In this document: one piece after another, positions 62,641 through 64,000 of the stretch
How positions within the stretch are numbered: the first letter of the stretch is position 1
Layout of the letters: every line of letters begins with the position of its first letter
Assembly: GCA_965235115.1 (NCBI GenBank)
Contig: OZ249436.1
Coordinates: 37,884,001 to 37,948,000 of the forward strand
DNA: 64,000 bases
Direction: 5' to 3'
From: Laetmonice hystrix
Taxonomy: Eukaryota
The notes under the pieces: model-generated
The model's database searches: none
Told to the model about the DNA's origin: nothing
Seen by the model: the letters and a program-made list of their open reading frames with translations, nothing else
Program-made: the position numbers and the translations under genes

Positions 62641-64000
62641 CATGCTCGTGAGCGACACTCATCGCGATGAATTAAATTGTCGCCTCATCAAAATCTTTAA
62701 CCTATACGATCTAAAAAATCAAATCAAACTCTTGTTGATTTACTGTTTGAATATACCCTGCAGGGTAACATATACATGTAGTAGCAAAATGAAAACCCTT
62801 TTGCAGCCTGATCTGCATGGTCAACCTTGCCATTTATATAGGGAGAGCATGTATTATATAATACACGATCGATGAAGTCGGAATGACGGACCGTCTGCGC
62901 TGTGAAGTTCTATTTGGAGCATGTTGCAATACTTTTAACCAGTGATGGTATACCATTTCTCATAATATTATTGCCAATAAGATGACTACAATTAATATGT
63001 GTGCATGTACGACTCATTCCATTAGTCGTACTCAGAACTTGTGATTGCAGTCGTGTATAGGCGGCAGTATGTATAGATGTCTTTGAGGCTGGCAGTACAA
63101 GAGTGAAAGTTAATTGTTTTACAAATGGTCAAGATAAGGGGTCTGAACATTCATAATAGGGGGAAATAATATTTTGTGGTCAAATACCCGGTTTAATATT
63201 TCTCCAAATGGGCTAGAAGTTGTGTTCAAGATAGTCAATTGCCTCCCCCATAAAAATGACCGGTCGTTGATTTTCCTAGAAAGTAATCCACAACGTTTAG
63301 AGGGAGTATATTATGTTGCCATGTATAAAAGTGTGACGTAATCCTTAATGAGTTGCAAACAAAAACATGTTCATAGTACGGGGCAAAAATGTCTGTGCCA
63401 TCACTATGGACCTCATAGGACTACACCTTGCCATAGAGATATTTCTTAACGCCTATTCCGATATTTTCACACGCCAAAGTTCTTTGCCATGACAACGTCA
63501 TGAATCTTTAATAGAATGTCAAACAACTCTAGACTTAAGATTCTCGTGTCATAGAGAAAGAGGTGGCTGGACGGGGCTGGTTCGACTTCGTGCCAAATTA
63601 GGCGCCAGTTTTGGTTGTCACGTCATCGGGAGGCAGGTACATGTAGAGGTAGGTACATGGTCCAGTATCCGGGGCTCTGGGCTGGGGCCGGGGTATGCAA
63701 GGACCCTGGGCCGGGGGTCAGTTTGGCAGTGGGGTTCCAGGAGTGATCTCACTGGGTTTTAATGTGGACATGACGTAAGAACGCTGGGAGCAGGGGTGGG
63801 GTGGGGGGTGGGGTGGCCCGCAGTGCTCGCGTGTTTATTGTGGATATTGTGAGCAGTACCGCGTGTAAAATATCCATACAAGGTTGTCGTGTGTAAGGTG
63901 CTTTGTGACGTATACACTGCGTTTAATATCATAATAAGGTTTTCTATATTGTATATGGTATATGAAAAACTTTTGAACAATACTTTTATGAACTTATACT

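Noticed and set aside
60419..62670. 275-719-aa ORFs
   Set aside because: They are translations of a stop-free 62-bp repeat in three frames.

Overview
Eukaryotic (animal, probably marine invertebrate; inferred from intron-rich structure and repeat style) genomic DNA. The one complete gene is a 26-exon lysosomal alpha-mannosidase (GH38, MAN2B1-like; CDS 15164-47746, +, ~1049 aa by manual splicing). It has a CLEAR/E-box promoter cluster, a 17.6-kb last intron and four tandem duplications that span its own splice junctions. The most striking structure is an 8.1-kb near-palindrome (669-8738) whose two identical outer ends are each fused, at the same nucleotide, to the 3' 66 nt of a different tRNA-Lys gene (UUU on the left, CUU on the right). 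Its unique central spacer holds a spliced ATG-bearing exon. I interpret this as a tRNA-Lys-targeting DNA transposon, probably Dada-like, in a foldback arrangement. The rest is a dense mosaic of TTAA MITEs, a deleted Tc1/mariner, a Helentron-like element, a 6.2-kb TIR element carrying a 4-kb minisatellite, and many minisatellites. All coordinates were read by eye and may be off by a few bases.
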